Of a DNA stretch of 37,489 nucleotides, positions 34,614-37,489 are shown piece by piece (positions within the stretch are counted from its first letter, which is position 1; each line of letters starts with the position of its first letter). Origin of the DNA: Candidatus Aenigmatarchaeota archaeon (lineage in GTDB: Archaea > Aenigmatarchaeota > Aenigmatarchaeia > CG10238-14 > SCSR01); contig JBDRGB010000006.1 in assembly GCA_043818155.1 (NCBI GenBank), forward strand, positions 1-37,489. Reading direction: 5' to 3'. The notes below the pieces were generated by a model that saw only the letters and a program-made list of their open reading frames with translations, was not told where the DNA came from and made no database searches. The position numbers and the translations under genes were made by a program.

Positions 34614-35420
34614 ATGGAGCCGGACTTTCAGAAGCTGGCGGAACTTCTAGAAGACAGGTTTGGCGACATCTCAAAGGTCACATGGGTATTCGGCTCCTTT
34701 TCGGAGAATACGCAGAATGGCTTTAGCGATGTGGATATCGCGACTGTGACGATAGACGAAGAGTCTGCAGTACAGATAGAAACCATGTCGGAGTCCTTGT
34801 CCAAAACATATAATTTGAATCTGGATATAGTCCCCTTTTCCGAAAACAACATAAATCAGAGGTGTAGTCACAACGACTATTTGCTCGGAAGCGTATTGAA
34901 AAATCCACTCCACTTATTCGGTGACAAAACTTTCCTAAACGAGCTTGTTAGAAAATTATATTCAAAGAAGCCGACCGAAGATTCTGTGAAATACAACCTA
35001 CTTCAATCAATCTACGTTTTTGATATATGCATGTCATATTTCGAGGAATTCAAATTTTATTCAAGAAAACTGCTTCACGACACGTTCCCAGAGGTGGATG
35101 CATACAAAACTCTTGTATTTGAGAACGCTTTCGGCAAAGAACTCAGAGGTGAAAACTTGGATGTTAGAATAGCCAATCGGAGGCTATTTGATAGCCTGAA
35201 AAACATCCCTGTTTCGGCTGGATACAAGTTGGCATCCCAAAAAATCAAAGCACTTGGCAGAACCGTAGACTTGAGTGATTTGAGGAGGTATACAGAGACT
35301 CCAGAAGAGCTATTTTTCAACGACGCATATGACTACTATAAATCACATAAGAACCGGGACGCCGAACCGCTGAAAGTGAGGGACTACCTCAAAACACTTT
35401 CTGATATGCTGCAAAATTAA
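34614..35420 (+). CDS. Pol-beta-like (minimal) nucleotidyltransferase domain protein with helical C-terminal domain
   Basis: WVFGSFSENTQNGFSDVDIA (GS...DxD) and a third Asp in LDIVPF. Confidence 0.8.
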   Translation: MEPDFQKLAELLEDRFGDISKVTWVFGSFSENTQNGFSDVDIATVTIDEESAVQIETMSESLSKTYNLNLDIVPFSENNINQRCSHNDYLLGSVLKNPLHLFGDKTFLNELVRKLYSKKPTEDSVKYNLLQSIYVFDICMSYFEEFKFYSRKLLHDTFPEVDAYKTLVFENAFGKELRGENLDVRIANRRLFDSLKNIPVSAGYKLASQKIKALGRTVDLSDLRRYTETPEELFFNDAYDYYKSHKNRDAEPLKVRDYLKTLSDMLQN

Positions 35421-35446
35421 CCAAGCGACAAGGATGCAGACTGCCG

Positions 35447-35459
35447 GGCACCGGGCCGT
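35447..35459 (+). repeat. Direct repeat, right copy
   Basis: GGCACCGGGCCGT followed by AG, so it reads PGTGP-stop like the end of the 32483-32935 gene. Confidence 0.8.
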
Positions 35460-35556
35460 AGGCGCATTGAAATTCAAGTATACTTTATTGTTTGTCAGAG
35501 CCAGCCAGCAAGGCGTATTTGGCAGCACATCTGAATGAATGAAAATAAAAATCTGA

Positions 35557-36330
35557 TTATTCCTGATACCATTTGAAGAATCTGACTCCGATTGCAAAGG
35601 TCGCCAAACTAATCGCACTCAGCATGAGTATTTCTGGAATCATGTCCCACACAGACGCCCCCAGTAGCATGCTTTTTCTAAAGGCCTCCACGGAATATGT
35701 CAATGGAAGGAATTTACTGATGATATTGACGTACCAAGGAGCCATTTCCTTAGAGTAAAAGATGGGGGAAAAAAACATCATGACAAAGGAGAGCGGTTGT
35801 ACGATTATTCCTGCTTCTCTTGGGGTCTTAGCGTACGACGCGGCTAAAAATCCGATTCCAGAAAGAGAAGAGACGGTAAGGACGTTCAAGAGCAGTAAAA
35901 CCGTAAAATCCACAATGATTTTAGCGCCCAGTAAAAAGACTCCTATACCTATTGTTATTACCCCAAGAGCTATCCCCCACAGACCACCGATTAAGGCCAT
36001 AGAAAGTAGGTAGCTGAATCTTGACAACGGTGTCGACATCAATAGCTCAACCCGGCCTCTTTCTTTATCCTCAGTGATTCTTAGTGGCACTATCATGAGG
36101 TTGGTAAACATCAGCATGAGGGGTAGATAGCCGGCGATTATTATAGAAATGTGCGTTGCCTCTATGCTTCCAATTGAGATGGTTCCTTGGTTGAATATGG
36201 TACCGAACGCTACGAGTGAGATTACAGGAAATAGCAACAAGCCAAACAACGATAACGGTTCTCTGGACAGTTCCTTTAGGCCGCACACCGTGAGCCAGTA
36301 GGCATCCTTCAAGTCCTTGATTTTTATCAT
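35557..36330 (-). CDS. ABC-2 type transporter permease
   Basis: Six TM helices, EDKERGRVELLMSTPLSR, FFSPIFY, LPLTYSVEAFR. Confidence 0.93.
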   Translation of the reverse strand: MIKIKDLKDAYWLTVCGLKELSREPLSLFGLLLFPVISLVAFGTIFNQGTISIGSIEATHISIIIAGYLPLMLMFTNLMIVPLRITEDKERGRVELLMSTPLSRFSYLLSMALIGGLWGIALGVITIGIGVFLLGAKIIVDFTVLLLLNVLTVSSLSGIGFLAASYAKTPREAGIIVQPLSFVMMFFSPIFYSKEMAPWYVNIISKFLPLTYSVEAFRKSMLLGASVWDMIPEILMLSAISLATFAIGVRFFKWYQE

Positions 36331-37237
36331 TCTTCCAACCTCTTGCCGGTCAGGGACAAAAAGACGTCCTCAAGCGTAGGCTCTCTGATGTGGATCGCCT
36401 TTAAGGTCTTTCTGACTTTATCCTGCGACATAATTTGCGAGACGAGTTTGGCGGGCCTTTTGGTGAAAAATTCAAACACATCCCCATTGTTCCTGATGAA
36501 ATCTATCACACCATTGAGTTTTTCTGGTTCGATGTTTTTTGCCTCGATCTCTATGACGTATTCCGCGCCCAATTCCTTTTTTAGGTCCTTTGGCCTTCCT
36601 TCTTTGATTAATTTTCCCCCGTCCATTATCCCAACCACGTCGCATAGACTGTCTGCCTCTTCCATATAGTGCGTGGTCATGACTATCGTCGTCCCCTGAT
36701 TTTTAATTTCCTTTATAAATTTCCATATCTCCCTCTTTATCGAGGGGTCGAGTCCCGTTGTCGGCTCGTCTAAAAACAGGACATCGGGCTTGTGTATGAT
36801 GGCCATGGCGATGCTCAGGCGTTTTTTTATGCCTGTGGAGAAGTTTTTTGTAACGCGATTCTGGCAGTCCTCTATGTCAAGAAGCTTGACCACTTCCAGG
36901 ATTCTCTTTTTTAGCTTATCTCCGGACAATCCCCTGATTCTTCCAAAAAGGGCAAGATACTCTTTTGCCGTAAGGTTCCCTGAAAACCTGTTTTCCTGCG
37001 GGACAACGCCTATCATCTGCTTTATTTCTTCTTGGTCAACCGAAACATCAAAGCCGCCAATGAATGCGGCTCCGGAAGAGGGTTTTAAAATGCAAGCCAT
37101 CATCTTAAGGAGAGTTGTCTTTCCCGCGCCATTTCTCCCAAGTAGTCCGTATATGGTGCCTTTTTTTATTTTTAAATTGAGGTCTTTTACTGCAACAAAA
37201 TCATCAAACTTCTTGGAAGGTTTTTTGTTACTATCAT
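36327..37237 (-). pseudogene. ABC transporter ATP-binding subunit (DrrA-like) with a frameshift after about codon 6-7
   Basis: ATG 37237 gives MIVTKNL and then a stop. The -1 frame continues SKKFDDFVAVKDL...GRNGAGKTT (Walker A)...FSTG...LFLDEPT and has no start codon upstream of Walker A. Confidence 0.75.
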
Positions 37238-37421
37238 AATTTAACCTAGGAATTTATATTTCTCTACTTAGTTCTTTACAATCAATAATTAATAACCACT
37301 ATCACCCGCGCGTCGTTTCTGGCCTTTTCGGACCGTAGCCTGGACGGCAACTATTTTAAGCGGCCGGACGAAGGATTATTTGTCCCGATTCGGCGGTTTC
37401 CGCCTTATAAGGAGGGTCATC

Positions 37422-37429
37422 TTTATATA
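37422..37429 (+). promoter_or_regulatory. TATA box for a gene running off the window end (possible ATG at 37464)
   Basis: TTTATATA followed by GTGAT and ATG CCG GCG CTT GAA AGG, open to the end of the window. Confidence 0.45.
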
Positions 37430-37489
37430 CCACTTGGCGGTAGTGAATAAATAGTGATGTTTGATGCCGGCGCTTGAAAGGCACATAGG

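Larger units (their letters stand above)
32934..35446. mobile_element. AT-rich four-gene inserted cassette bounded by direct repeats
   Basis: Abrupt GC drop right after the left repeat, and the right repeat follows the last gene. No integrase or transposase inside. Confidence 0.6.

Noticed and set aside
32948-37293. 10-bp inverted repeat ATTAATTATT / AATAATTAAT near both ends of the AT-rich region
   Set aside because: Pure A/T low complexity inside promoter-like stretches, with no transposase or target duplication, so not credible as terminal inverted repeats.

Overview
GC-rich archaeal chromosomal window, most consistent with a DPANN-type archaeon such as an Aenigmarchaeota-like lineage (this taxonomy is inference). 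Left (1-13 kb): a surface and attachment locus with a 5'-truncated giant membrane-anchored protein built of about 39 tandem 20-aa repeats, an Ig-like membrane protein, a MinD-family ATPase, ribosomal protein eS26, a type IV pilus assembly ATPase, two TadC/FlaJ-like platform proteins and two class III pilins. Middle (13-33 kb): mostly housekeeping genes (PflX-like radical SAM, DUF151 nuclease, rpoL, METTL5-like methyltransferase, ahcY, PC4-like, dph2, aspS, rnhB, tbp, intein-containing mcm, RPA32-like, aIF-2beta, DUF424). The strongest signal is in rnhB. Its catalytic GIDEAGRG motif is split by a 32-nt insert (25133-25164) that folds into a bulge-helix-bulge-type structure, and canonical cuts in that structure restore the reading frame exactly, so it is a probable mRNA intron. 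An AT-rich free-standing LAGLIDADG endonuclease gene with winged-HTH domains overlaps the rnhB 5' end. Right (33-37.3 kb): an AT-rich region holding a 2.5-kb four-gene cassette bounded by a 13-bp direct repeat of a gene 3' end, plus an ABC-2 transporter whose ATPase is frameshifted. No tRNA, rRNA or CRISPR array was recognised.
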